A model generated the notes under the pieces. It did not search any database and was not told the DNA's origin. It saw nothing but the letters and a program-made list of their open reading frames with translations. Position numbers and translations under genes: made by a program. Below, one piece after another: positions 11,246 through 23,458 of a stretch of 64,000 bases of DNA. The DNA lies in the NCBI GenBank assembly GCA_973895155.1, contig OZ316891.1:5613708-5677707 (forward strand), read 5' to 3'. The stretch's first letter is position 1. The number at the start of each line of letters is the position of its first letter. This stretch comes from Marsupella aquatica (Eukaryota; Plantae; Marchantiophyta).

Positions 11246-14200
11246 CTAATCCAAAGGGACCGCTTCCCCTTCCTCGGTTCCGGAAGTCCCTGTCGTCAAT
11301 TCTGGAACAATTATGGCATCGTCAACCACGCTATCCTCTCCGGCCTGAGGAATGTCTTCCTCACTCTCCTCATCCATCTCCCCCTGTCCGTCTTCCTCTT
11401 CAATGTTATCGGCAAGGTTAAGAATCCTCCCTTTCAACACACTGCTCTGTCGCTCGTCAATCTCAATGGCAACGCAATGTCTCCCCATGGCCAAGGAGGA
11501 GGTTGTCCCAGTCCCTGATCCTGAACAAATATCCAAAACCCAGTCTCCAACCTGACTAAAATGACTCACTTCCCAATCTAACAATGCACGTGGTTTCTGA
11601 TAAACATTCACTGCCTTGTTATCCCCGTTGTGTTTCAGCTTCTTAGTCACAGCTGCGCATACAACCACATTGTTCCTTGATTCATTTGTGTCAAAATTGA
11701 AGTGCTCCAATGACCGTTTACCATCCTGGCTGTGAAAGCCAATTGTAAAGCACTCAAAGTTGCTGTTCAATCTTGGTCCACCAGCATTCTTCACATTATC
11801 CTTAACCCTGAAAAGTCACAAAAAGTCAAGGAGTTATTTAAACTGAGAAACATGGTTCATGAAATCATGAATAACTAATAGTTGTTTTTTTCAAAAACAA
11901 ATATTTCTTACCACACACAATTCTGGAACCCTCCATTACACTCCGCTTTCAAAACGGTCTTGATGGCCTCATATTGGTCAAGGCTGTGGTGAATGATAAT
12001 ACGCCACAACTTTGCAATAGTAGCCACCTTGAACGATTGGACCATTTTTGTGATCTCCTCAGTTCCCCATCCAATAGTGTCTTCATGAAGACATCCAGGC
12101 AATGCAAACCCGTAGGGAATATCCACTAAAGCTAATGTGTAAGCCCGACCCGGAACCACCTCATGTAATCGCTGAGCATCATGAGTAAAAATATCATAGT
12201 GCACATCACCAAACTCTGGATGCTCAAACGAATTTGGATGAAGTTCCCCCTCTTGGGTTTGCCGACTAGAAGTCTTCATGGATAGCCAATTTTGGGCTTG
12301 CACAATATGCGCATTGAATTTGTCCGGGAATGACTTGAGATCTTTGCCTTCCTCATCTCCCTTCTTTTTCCGGGAGGTGGTATCTTTCTACAAAAAGGAA
12401 CTGTAGAATTAGAAACAAGGATTCCAATTATTAAATGAATTCAAACAATCATTCGAAGAAAGGTGACAGAATCTTACCCATGTCTGGAAAATAGGTACGA
12501 AATTTTTAAGCACATTGTCTGTGCAATGCTCAGGGTACTTGGTTTTACAACCTGACCAACTCTCCTCGTGTAGACATGTGAGGAAGGCCTTCTGCACCTG
12601 CATCTGAAATTTGTGTCGAGTAAATTCGTGACCCATTTCCTGTAAAGAGAGTTCTTTAGTAAGAACTCTCTGTAACACTGGGCAAATCATATCAGGATCT
12701 TTCAAGGCCTGCATGTGTCTCCACTCTGTTAATTTCATGTCCTTATAAGGCAATTTGGCATCTCCAGACTTAGAGACTTTCTTCTTGTCTTTGTCTCCTT
12801 TTTGACCTTTGATCTCACACATCTCCCACTTGTCACAAATCTGCCTCACAAATGACCACACAGGATCTTGTCGGAATGCCAACTGAAATAGGTTATCATT
12901 GGCATTAAGAACCTCAGCATCCTTTCGTACACCCCAATCCTTGAGATTGATTTCAGTAGCACACTCTTTCTTGAAATCCTGGTTGGACGACAATCCATTC
13001 TCAACAAATCTCATGTGAATATAATTTACTCTCTGGATTGTCGTCATCTGTTGTCGAAATTCAGAATCAATATTGTGACTCCACGCCAGGTTTCTTGCCT
13101 CTTGCACACTCAATCCCGCAAATATCCAAGATTGCACTCTCCGAAATGCCTTGTTGTTAGGGAACTGAAGAGCAAGGTCTGCTTTGGCACAGGCTGAATG
13201 GTTGCCCCCAATCACATAATAATGGTAATCAGCTTTCCTTGAAAAATCAAAGTCTTGCCTAGTAGCACACTCCTTCGGATCCACCAAGAGGACAAACGGA
13301 GCTGCAAGTGGACTGGCACCTACAGTCTTCATCCGCAAGGTCAATTGGGTCAGGAAATATGGTTGGATGTGTCGGACCTGGTAAATGGGCAAGCCCACAG
13401 CCTTCTCTCTCACTGGAGGGTAAAGTTGACCAATGTCAACGGTCACGGTCTCCTCTTGAACACCACATCTTCCCAGAATCTCCTCCTGGTACAATACCCA
13501 TGCATCCATTGACATTGATTGAGCCTTTTGCTCCAAATGCGTTGGAATTTTCTCCAAAGTCTTCTTTTTTGACTTTGTAGCACTGGGCTCGGTAGGCTTA
13601 GGAGTCATAGCAGGTCGCTTCTTTGAAGAAATGCGAGTTCCAGTCGTACCTTGTGCCGACCCACCAGTCAAAGCCGTTCCCTGGGATGATCTGCCAACTT
13701 GAGATCCCCCTCCAGATGCTGCTGCTTCCCGGGAGGTTGTAGGTGCTACCACGGTCAAAATATCATTGGGTAAAATGCTAGGCCTGGATCCAGAAGGAAC
13801 ACCGGAAGCCCCAGATTTGGGTGGACGACTTACTCCCTTCTCTGCCGACCTTTTCCGGAGAATCTCTCTTGATTTTCGGATTGCACTCTTTAAAGTGCTG
13901 GCGTGAAATTCGGACACAAAACCGGAAATCTTTCCCGTGACGTCGTGGTAACGTTCCTCACTCGAAAGAGACTTGACAGTCTCAATGATGCTATCGATGT
14001 CCTCATCGAGATAGCAGGTGGCAGCCGTTCCAGAAAACCTCTCCACATCCACGACAATCAAAGTTGATGTTTCCTTCGTTGTGATCAACATGTTCACAAC
14101 TTCGTCGCCCCATCGAAATACATCGATGCGGCCGTAATTTACCCACCCTAATGCCCCCGATGGAAGCCCCTCAAATACACACAGCATTAGGAAGGGCTTC

Positions 14201-14307
14201 TTCCATGTTTCCGTCCCTAAGGAAATCGTCCAGGATGAGTTGTGGAAGTCCGTCAAAGGATGGCGCGAAAAGATGTCATCCACCAGCTCTTCCTGCGACA
14301 TTGTCAT
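11246..14307 (-). CDS. ParB/Srx-fold + beta-class N6-adenine/N4-cytosine DNA methyltransferase fusion, ~955 aa; exons 14307-12478, 12387-11912, 11807-11246
   Basis: Two GT-AG introns (12477-12388, 11911-11808) join three ORFs in frame. Motifs in order: YYVIGGNHS...LAWSHN (ParB-like), LVDIPY (motif IV, DPPY-like), CVWVK...FECF, YQKPRALL, GDWVLDICSGSGT (SAM motif I), GRHCVAIEID. Motif IV before motif I is the beta order of N6_N4_Mtase. Confidence 0.88.
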
Positions 14308-14472
14308 GTTTTTGCCTGATCTTCAAACCTGAGAACATACCACAAAATCAGTCCACTTCAACCCCAACCTGCGAGACAAAGTGCCACAGAACCAAGGAAT
14401 GTGCCAACAAATGGCTACTAAAACCGTGTCCTTACGGATCTAACAACGCTCTCGGCCACCCCAAGACTCCTA

Positions 14473-15006
14473 TCATGAATTCATGAAGGGAGTCTCCTTC
14501 TCGCTCTGACCTTCATGAATTCATGAAGGGAGTCTCCTCTCTCTTTGCTTGTACACCTCGGTGATGCAGAAGGGTATTTAAAATAGGGTTCGGAGGGGGG
14601 TGACGTGAAGAAATCACCCAGGGCCTAAATTACTACCTAAAACAGGGTCGAAATGAAGTGCGACCGCGACAACTCGCGACACGTCGCCGATGAGTGCTGA
14701 AAATGGCACGAAATTGGACAGCAAGATTGTTTTTCACTCTTTTACAAAGGAAATCCAAATGACATTGAGTGAAAATGAATGGGCTGCCCCGTGTTCCTTG
14801 GTTATACATACTAATCACGGATCAGGCGCGACTTAGTAAAATTAACCCCGAATCATGATAAATCAATGTTTTCGGGCCAATTATTCATGAATATTTTGGG
14901 GTATTAACGGGAAAAATCTTGCAAATTTCATGAATATTTGATATTTTTGAAATTAAAAAATCCCAACAATCCGTGAAAAACTATAAATAGGCTCGTTTAT
15001 TCATGA
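14473..15006. promoter_or_regulatory. Bidirectional promoter with TCATGA palindrome cluster
   Basis: 26-bp direct repeat tcatgaattcatgaagggagtctcct (14473, 14513); 20-bp perfect palindrome 14510-14529; 8 TCATGA sites; TATAAATA at 14982; TATA-like tatttaaaata at 14575-14585. Confidence 0.6.
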
Positions 15007-15086
15007 CTCTTGGTCATTATTTTGAGAAGATTTGTTAGATTTTACTGATTTTTTGAGTTTCTTGTCAATTTGCACTAGTTTTTCCA

Positions 15087-18000
15087 ATGGCGGCATGTTA
15101 CGAATCAGATGATTATTCAGATGGAGTTTCTGATGATGTTTCATTGCCGGATGGCCCCTGCACAGTGGTTGGCCCAGATATCCCTGGAATAACTACTGTT
15201 TTAGATATGCCACCCCCCACCCCTATGAGCAAGTTAAAACGTAGTCCTTTACGACTTGCAATTAGTGGGAAGAAATCATTGGTCGGTGGTAAAGAGAGGT
15301 CAGGGAGCTCCTCTGACTCCTTGGAGAGTATTGGTCCCCCTGGACGTCAAGTTGTATCTCCTTTGTCACCAACAAAGGACAAATTGGGGAGTAATCTGGA
15401 AGGTTCAATGCCTATTTGGATGTCTGGGAAACGGTCTCATGAATTCATGAAGATTGGATTTGGAAAGACGAAGAAGGCACTAAGTGGGGAAAATGACAGA
15501 GATTTTTGCAGTCTCCAAAGTGTTCAGCGGCTGAAGCAAATGCCAAAAAGTAAAACCTTTGGTAAGCCAACGTCGGAAACATTTCATAGGGGGATGAGGG
15601 AAGAAACTAGACGACCAGTGTTATTGAAAAGTATTCCAGAAGAGAATTCTAATGTGCGTTCCTTAGTTTTACCTAGGAGTCATGGTGTTGGGGCAGGGAG
15701 CGGATCAAGTCACGGAAACTCAAACAGGGAAACCAACCTGGTGGAGAGGGACCCTAGGAAAATATTGAAAGGGTCCCTACATGGTAATGGAGGGATTTCT
15801 GAAATACGCCCAGGTATTCCAAGGGTGCATAGAGTGAAGGAAGAGCCTCCATCTCTAAAGGCTGCAGGTCTGGAATCTAGGCATGTTCAGAAGCAAATGT
15901 TGGTGACCATTTCATCATCGAATGAAAGCGAGTCTTCGGAGAGTGGGGAGGATGATGATGTTCCGGTGGCATCTAGTCGTTACAAACGTACGAGCAACGC
16001 CACTTTGTGTGAAACAAAGTTGAAAGAGGAGGATATCAAAAAAACAAATAGTAAGTACTGTTGTCAGAGTCATTGTCTCCTAAGTCTATCTCCAAAAGAA
16101 ATTCGTGAGGCGCGTTCTAAATTTTTGAGGCAGAAATCTCAGGATCGATCTTTATCTTTGCAGTGGCTTATAAAGCGAGACGGAAATGAAGGAGGGAGGC
16201 AGACTATATCTTACACGTTTGGTCAAAAGAGTATTTGTTGGAAAGCTTTCAAGCTTATATTTTGCGTTGGCAATCATAGATTAAATAGAATTTTGAAATT
16301 AGATAACCAAGACTTAGGATATTCTAAACCAGTTGGACGCCCTCCATCTGTTAAAAGATTAGTCTTGGTCAGTTGGCTTAGGTCGTTTTTTGAGACACGT
16401 GTGGAAACATTGCCAAATAAAGAAGTTTCACATTTACCGGATAATTATTCAAAGCTGGAGGTATGGAAGATCTACGACTCCAACTATGCCAAGATTGATG
16501 AATCTTCAAAAATATCCTATCGACAATTCTTGAAAGTTTGGGTTCAAGAATTTGGTCATGTGAAGATTCCTCCAGTCAATCGATTCAGTGCTTGCACGGA
16601 TTGCGAGGAGTTCAAATCAATTCGGGACAAAGCTGTCTCGGAGACTGAAAAGAGTAAGTTACTTACAAGTTTGACAAGTTTTTGTTTCAAGAATATGGCT
16701 TAACACATGATTTCTAATTTTTTTTGAAGAAACTAACAAGTTGTTTTTCCAGGGCGAGGGGAAATTATGTTACAAAAACATAGAGACCAACAATCCAAAG
16801 AACGTGAGAAACTCGCGAAGCATCGTAAGAAATGTTTTTCAAATTCTGATAAATATTTGGGAGTTGTCATTGATGGGATGGATCAGAAGAAGACAAGGTT
16901 GCCTCATTGGCCGTGGCCCCCAAAATCGGTGGACGAAACATGTTTGATCCAAATGCACGTTGTTGGATGCCTGGTTTTCAATGGTGCACTATTTTCAAGA
17001 GTGTTTCTTAATTATCCTGTATTGCATAATGATGGAAACTTGACAGTCACAATCCTGCAAAGGGTGTTTCACGAATGGGAAGAAAAGCCTGGTGGCTTGC
17101 CGCCTGTTCTCTATCTTCAACTTGATAATACCAGTAGAGAAAATAAAAATAATTTACTCTTTGCCTATCTTCATATGTTGATTCGAAGAAAGGTTTTTCG
17201 GAAAATCAAACTAGGATTCTTGTTGGTTGGACACACACACGACCAAATAGATCAAATGTTCAGTCGATTTTCTAAACGACTAGCAAGGTTTAAGGCATTC
17301 ACGTACGAAAGCCTATGTGATATTATTTGTGAATCATATCAACCCCAACCAAATATCACTCTTTTAAAGGAAACATATGATTTCCGTCAATATGCCTTCT
17401 CAGATCCACCTTTAGTCATTGAAAGGATTCGAAATGTTACCTTCCACCACCAGTACAAATTTGCATTTGACAAGTTGGAAAATCAAGTTCCAACCCAATG
17501 GGGGAAGAAGTTTTCCACGGACTCAACTTGGAAACCTGACGGAGGCGTGAAATTTTTTAGGGAAGAGGAGCCAGAAAAGGTGATGGGTTGTGCTCCCGGA
17601 TTACCCCTTTTCAAAAAGGGGGATAAGAACGTTACAAGGACTCAACCAAATATGTCTAGTTCTTCAAGAATGACTTTGAAGGAGATGGATGATTCGTTAA
17701 ATGAGATTCAAAAGGGAATACTTGCAGTTGAAACTTTATTCTCAGAAGAGGAAGTGAACTGGTGGAGAATGTTTTTTGAAGAGCAACGGGAATTGAATAA
17801 ATCTTTGCTCCTTGATCAAAGACCATTGATTTTCCCTTTTCAATGGCCACGCTCCCAAAGGGAGATTGCTGTTGCTGCTGAAGTTCCCAGAGTCCTTGTC
17901 AATGAAGAGGAAATTGAAGAGAGAGTATACGGACCTACCAGAGATATATACGTGGGTCCTTATCGGAATCAAGGAAAGATAGATGCAAAGAAGGAGAATA

Positions 18001-18485
18001 TGGAAGGAGACTTTTCGGATCTTGAAGTCAACACTTATATTTCTGTTGCTGGAGAAGAATCGGAAACATTTTGGGTGGCCAAGGTGGAAAGAATTGACCA
18101 GCGCGACGAGTTCAACATTCCAAAAATGATTTATGTTTTATGGCATGCTACAAAAACCGGGTCAGATCCTTGGAAAGCCAAGTACTTACCAGAAGTCTTA
18201 AACTACGAAAAGAAGAAAAGTGGTCGTGGGAAAGGAACTTTGAAACCAATATGGTTTCACCAAGAGCTTGATTTATCTTCAACGACTGTTTTTGCTTACA
18301 ACTTCATGTTGACAAAATCTGATACATTGTACAAAAAGACAGTAGATCGAATCAAAATCCGATTGACTGAATTTTTGGCAGAAGAGAAAGAGCAAGAACA
18401 AGAGAATGGATCAACTAGAACCCCGCTAGGAGATAAATCTAGGGATATTTCGTTTCAAGAATTGAGGACTTCTGGATCTGAGTAA
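15087..18485 (+). CDS. Sola-like (DUF7869-type) DD(D/E) transposase, ~1099 aa; exons 15087-16653, 16753-18485
   Basis: A GTAAGT...TTTCCAG intron joins the 538-aa and 572-aa ORFs in frame. Motifs: CCxxxC, ICWKAF, CxxC..H, IDGMDQ, LQLDNTSRENKN, GHTHDQIDQMFSR. The latter are typical of this RNase-H-fold transposase group. Confidence 0.85.
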
Positions 18486-19212
18486 TGAAAAGTAGTTATT
18501 GTTTGTGACATTACCATTGAAAAACATGGATAACTTGAAATTTTACAAATTTTCAAAATGCCTTTACCACTTATTCATGAATTCATGGTTAAAGTTTCTT
18601 GAGAAATTTGTAGTTTAATATTATCTTAGTGGGTTGTGTTTCAATTCAATTAGATGGTGTCATTTCTATTCTCCTTGTCTTCTTTTCACAATAATGTGTA
18701 TCAGGTTAAGTTGTAGTAATTTATTTTCTGGTTTTTAAATGACAATGGCTTTTGGAGGTGATTTAGTTGTTGTTTCAAAAGACACCTCGTGTAATTGTGA
18801 GACCATTGTAGATAATAGTGTTGTATTTGAGATCATTTATTGGTGGAATGTAACTTCAGATGAATTTGGTCATTTTTAGGTGTCAAAACATAGCTAGTTT
18901 ATGTCATATTTTGTTCGCTCCATATTTTTGCTCTAAAATAGGTGCTAATTTTTGCACTTTTTTTGACTTTTTCATTGTTTTTTTGATTTTTTGGCTAGAG
19001 TTCCTAAAGTATGGGCTTGTTACTCATCATTTAAGGCTTCTTGTTCTTATGGTATTAATTCCTATAATACACAGGTGCTTCACTTTTTAGAGTGGTTGTC
19101 ATTCAAATTTGCAAGGCACACAAATTAAAAAATGATCAAGAGAAAATAAAACAAAATTGAATTATATTTAGTGTGAAATAAAGTGTGACAAGCTTTCCAA
19201 GCAAGAAGTAAA

Positions 19213-19296
19213 GGGGAATGTTAGGGAATGCCAATGCACAATAATCAAGTACTTTATGAACAAGGGAATGTTAGGGAATGCCAATGCACAATAATT
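19213..19296. repeat. Short tandem duplication (agggaatgttagggaatgccaatgcacaataat x2)
   Basis: Direct repeat with ~49-bp period. Confidence 0.8.
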
Positions 19297-19639
19297 AATT
19301 ATTTTATGTACCATATATGTATAATATTATCCATGCATACGAAGCCCCATGCATAGAAATAGTACTCTCCATGCCTAGACATTATACCCATGATAATCTA
19401 TGTCCTAGGAAGAGTTTAATTGATTACAAATATTACATAATGTAATAAAAAAAATCAAACAAAAAATAGTACAAAATGCCCAAAGGGGGGGGAGACTTAA
19501 ATTCAAAAATTCAAAATAGAAAGACAAAAATAATTCTTGATTGGTGATGCTTTGTAGTTATTGTTATTCATTTTTTGAGTCCTTTTAGCGTGAGGTTTTT
19601 TTTTAATATTACAACATTTTGGGTGACACAACATTTATT

Positions 19640-19868
19640 TATTTTAATGATATTTTCCTTTTCAACCACCTCTTGACTGACACAATATCTTTTTTCTCAA
19701 CGACCTCTTGATCCATATAGCATTTTTTTTTTCAACTATATCTTGACTGACAAGATATTTTTATTTTTGACAATCTCTTGGCGACAAGACCTCTTTTGTT
19801 CTCAACAACATCGGGAATGACACCTTGACTCTCACAATATCTTTTGTACAAAGCAAGTATTGAGCTAG
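19640..19868 (+). mobile_element. Helitron-like 3' end (plus orientation) with CT-rich array
   Basis: Inverted copy of the array ending cttttgtacaaagcaagtattgagCTAG|T, homologous to the 4737 and 6221 termini. Confidence 0.55.
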
Positions 19869-21271
19869 TATGTAATATTTTGATGTCAATTAGGAGGACC
19901 TGTTTTGTCTTCATGTGGAGTTATCGGGACCCATTTGACAGCCAGGGAACATCGGTCACGGTGAGATTCCGGTTCGGGGCTTGAGCGATTACAATCGCGC
20001 CATGTTGGTTCTTTACGTAGGTGAAAATTTTCTGTCTTTGTTTCTTGTATATTTCGAGATAGATTTCTCAAAGAATCTGCGTTCAGGGTCTCTGTACTGT
20101 ATATGTGACTCATCGAGGAGTGAAACACAGTATTTGACATGAACAGTCAAGTAGAACCTTAATTTTTCGATTTAATGATCTGGAAGTTGGCAGCGCATAC
20201 CAGCTTCCCAAAAATTGTTAGCCCCATACAATCTGGCTTAACATCGTCGATAATCTAAAATTGGTTCTATAGTGAAGACTCGCCTCTCGATTTGTAGCAA
20301 GATAATGTTATTATGTAGCCCTAATGAATAGATATGAACAGATACCTCGGTCATCTGACCGTCAAAAGAAATTTCACACGGCAAAGATTGCACTGAAGAT
20401 TGACTTTCATTGCGTTTACTTAGTCAGGTTCCACCTGTGAGAAATTGTCGTTGTTATATAGGCATCGTGGGCTGGGTCAGTTTTGTTTTGTCGGTCTGAT
20501 GGACGGTAGGATAATCACCCGCCCGGTTCATGTACAACAACTGAATTCCATCAGATCGAACGGACGCCTGCCTGCTTACATTCGATTCAATCTTCTCTAT
20601 ACATTTGTTGTAGCTGTTTGACGATGTCCTGCATCATCCATTGTCTTCAATTCAAACTTAACATCTGTATCGCGCTTTACAGTAGAGAAGACTTAATAAG
20701 TGTAGTGTTGGTTGTCCTAACCCAACCGAGCGAGTCCTCGCTTGATTGCACTGGGGCGGGCAAAACACATGCATAAGCACGCGAAAGAACATTTCTCGTC
20801 GCTAACTACCAAATGACAAAGAAAACATGCTGGACAATGAACAACACCCAAGTTTAGCCGTGTAAACTCCTCGATAAACTCTTGTGCGCACTCCATGGAC
20901 ATTCCGCCAGCGAATTGATAGAAACCTAGTTTTACAAAATGCACAAATACGGAAGAACATTTGACTCCTGCTCGAGAACGACACTGGTTGAGTCAACATT
21001 GTAAGATAGTCCGCAAGAACTCGACAATCTTCGACTTGTCTGCGTTCAAAATGGAACAAGAGGTTCATGGAAAATACCTCACTAGACTATCTAGGTCAAA
21101 AACACTAAATCCGATAAATGCTAAATCCGCAGCCACATTTATGATTTTCGCCCAATTACAAGATTCGACCATCTGTCGGCTCTTAGATTGAGGAAGAGCA
21201 CCCTATTTTATGAACCAATTTTGTCAAAGATTCGTTCGCAGACTTAATTACAGGAATCTTTGAAGATCTAA

Positions 21272-22165
21272 CTAAACACCAATGTCAGATCTGAGTACGC
21301 CACTGAGGATAGTTCGGCAAGTAGGACAACTTCTGCTTTTCTTTCTGTGTTTCTCTAAGCAACGGAAACAATAATCTGCGTGTACACAAGGTAAGCAGAT
21401 GGCATCTTTCGGCGATGCCAGACAAATCCTGCACAATTTGCACTCTTTTTCTCCTCGAGATTATTTTGCATGGTTTGCAGAGCAATGTGCAGTCGGTTCC
21501 GATCCTGTTGCAGCGTAAGCACCTCGCATTCCACTTTGCCTTTGGCGATTGCAGATTGTTGCAACTCACGGTCGAAATTCTGACGGTCAGCCTTATGTGC
21601 CATCTCCAACTTTTCCTTTTCTTCGCTTAGTTGCTGTAGAGACCTCTGCATCGTCTTAAGGGCAGATTCCAGCTGAATTTTTCTCTGCGCGCATGGAAAC
21701 GAGCATCTTATGGAAAGCAATTTTCCTCATCACTATGTCAGCTTCAAGTATCTTCCTCTCCTCGAGCATGGAATCAAGTTCATTCTGAGAGTTAGTAAGT
21801 ATCCATTGGTCATATTGAACTTTCTGCTGCAGGCACTCTAATTCCCTCGTATTCTGTACATCAAGTATAGCAGCGTTTTGCTCGTTTCGCTGCATCGACT
21901 CTAACTCTCTTTTCTTGCCATGTGCATCAAGTAAAGCAGCATTTCGCTCCCTTTGCACTTCGAGTATTTTATTCGAAGCCCAATTTGAGAACGCCCTTTC
22001 CTCCTTAAGCTCAGCTTCTAGATTCTTGTCCCACATTGCAGCTTCGACAGAATGTCTCTTCTTCTTAATCTCTGACTCGGCATCCTTCAATGCAGTCGAT
22101 AAATCTTTCAGGTCCGTGTCGATCTGCAAACTCTCTGTTCTCTCTACTATGAGGTCAACCTCCAT
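21272..22165 (-). pseudogene. Frameshifted copy of the 1034-2089 coiled-coil/RING gene
   Basis: MEVDL...KKKRHSVEAAMW... is colinear with the 1034 gene but split over three frames (indels near 21680, 21445, 21300). Flanks ~20060-22580 are also duplicated. Confidence 0.85.
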
Positions 22166-23179
22166 TTAATGCGAATCCCGATGCACTACAACCGATGCCA
22201 CAGAGTACCCGAACAAGCTTTACTGAACTCGATGCCCCACCTCGGCTCGTCAATGGTTTGCCCTTTTCATTACTGTTGCACAGCTAGCCAAGGTGAGGCT
22301 CCAGACATCCCAAACAACCGGGACATGGCGATATAAAGTCGCTCCGGGGATGAAACGGAGATAATTTGTGATTTGTCTATCCTATTAGCAAAGGTGAACG
22401 TACATCAGTCTTCCACACAACTTTTGTAGGGGCGGCTTGATAATCATGAAATGGATTGGCGTGCAGCGGAGGGAGCAAGTATATGGCTCGAGTGCAATCC
22501 TCAAGATTCGAAGGTGTAAATACAATCATGGCCTTCCGCTTCTGAAATCACGTTTTTTTGCTTCGGCTCGAATTGACGGCCGGTCTTCTCCGTTCACTCT
22601 CGTGGGGAGATGGGGACCCGTACAAATCTCATCAGAAAATGATAGGGGCTACAAGCCGCTATGTAGTGAAATGAAATTAACTGACGGTCAAAATTAAGGG
22701 TGATCAATTGCGTGAGGACTGAGAAAACAATATCAATAATGAAGACAATCTAAAACACCACTTCCCATAGCTACGTGCAAACTACAATATATCCTCCCGG
22801 TCTAATTCAAAACGTAAAATGAGCATGTACAATCACCAGGCACGTGACCAAAGGGGGTTTGTCACATTAGGCTGAACTCAAAAGAACAAGTATTAAATAT
22901 ATCTAGCTAAACATAAAAAATTATTATTAAAAAAAAATATACAAAAAACAAAGCATTAAATGTTCTCCTGGTCTCTTTTCCTTTGCCATCATGATGATCT
23001 GGCCTGAATATAAATACTGTACACACTACATTGGATTTTTTTGGTCCAACCAACAAGAGAAATTGTATAAAAGTCCAGTATTGCAGTCCATGTATTGTAG
23101 TACATTGTATTGATATGTATTGCACAGCAAAAGTATCTTGGTAGACTTTCCAAAAATATATTTTATAAACCAATTTTCT

Positions 23180-23458
23180 CTGGTTAGGGTGATGCACCTA
23201 GAAGTGAGAGATCCACGGTCAATCCCCCTCCACATACAAAAATTGTATAGGGCAAATGGTTGTGGAGGGTGAGTGTGTGTGTGTGGAGTAGTGATGAGAG
23301 TCCTGGTTTACTTTGGGCTCTTGTCCAACCCTCCCTCCAGGTCCTGGCTATGACCCCCTTGTGGGCTAGCCTCCATAGGTGGATGCTCTTGAATTAATAG
23401 TCTATCCTCTGTTGGATGGATCACTTTTTGGTTTCAAGACAAAAAATAAAATTAAAAA
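23180..23458 (+). mobile_element. Putative tRNA-derived SINE-like repeat
   Basis: B-box-like ggtcaatccccctccaca followed by tgtggagggt..gtgtgtg, shared with 56105-56560; A-rich tail. Confidence 0.4.

Larger units (their letters stand above)
10870..19101. mobile_element. Two-gene DNA transposon (Sola-like DD(D/E) transposase + ParB-methyltransferase) with imperfect TIRs
   Basis: 10925-10956 matches the reverse complement of 19014-19045 at 27/32. The outer tgacagccctct (10870) and agagtggttgtca (to 19101) motifs are collinear, 55 and 56 bp further out. Two intact divergent genes lie inside. No TSD could be identified, so the ends are approximate. Confidence 0.75.

Noticed and set aside
11246-14307. 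Bacterial contamination as the source of the methyltransferase
   Set aside because: The gene has in-frame GT-AG introns and sits beside a eukaryotic transposase among plant repeats.
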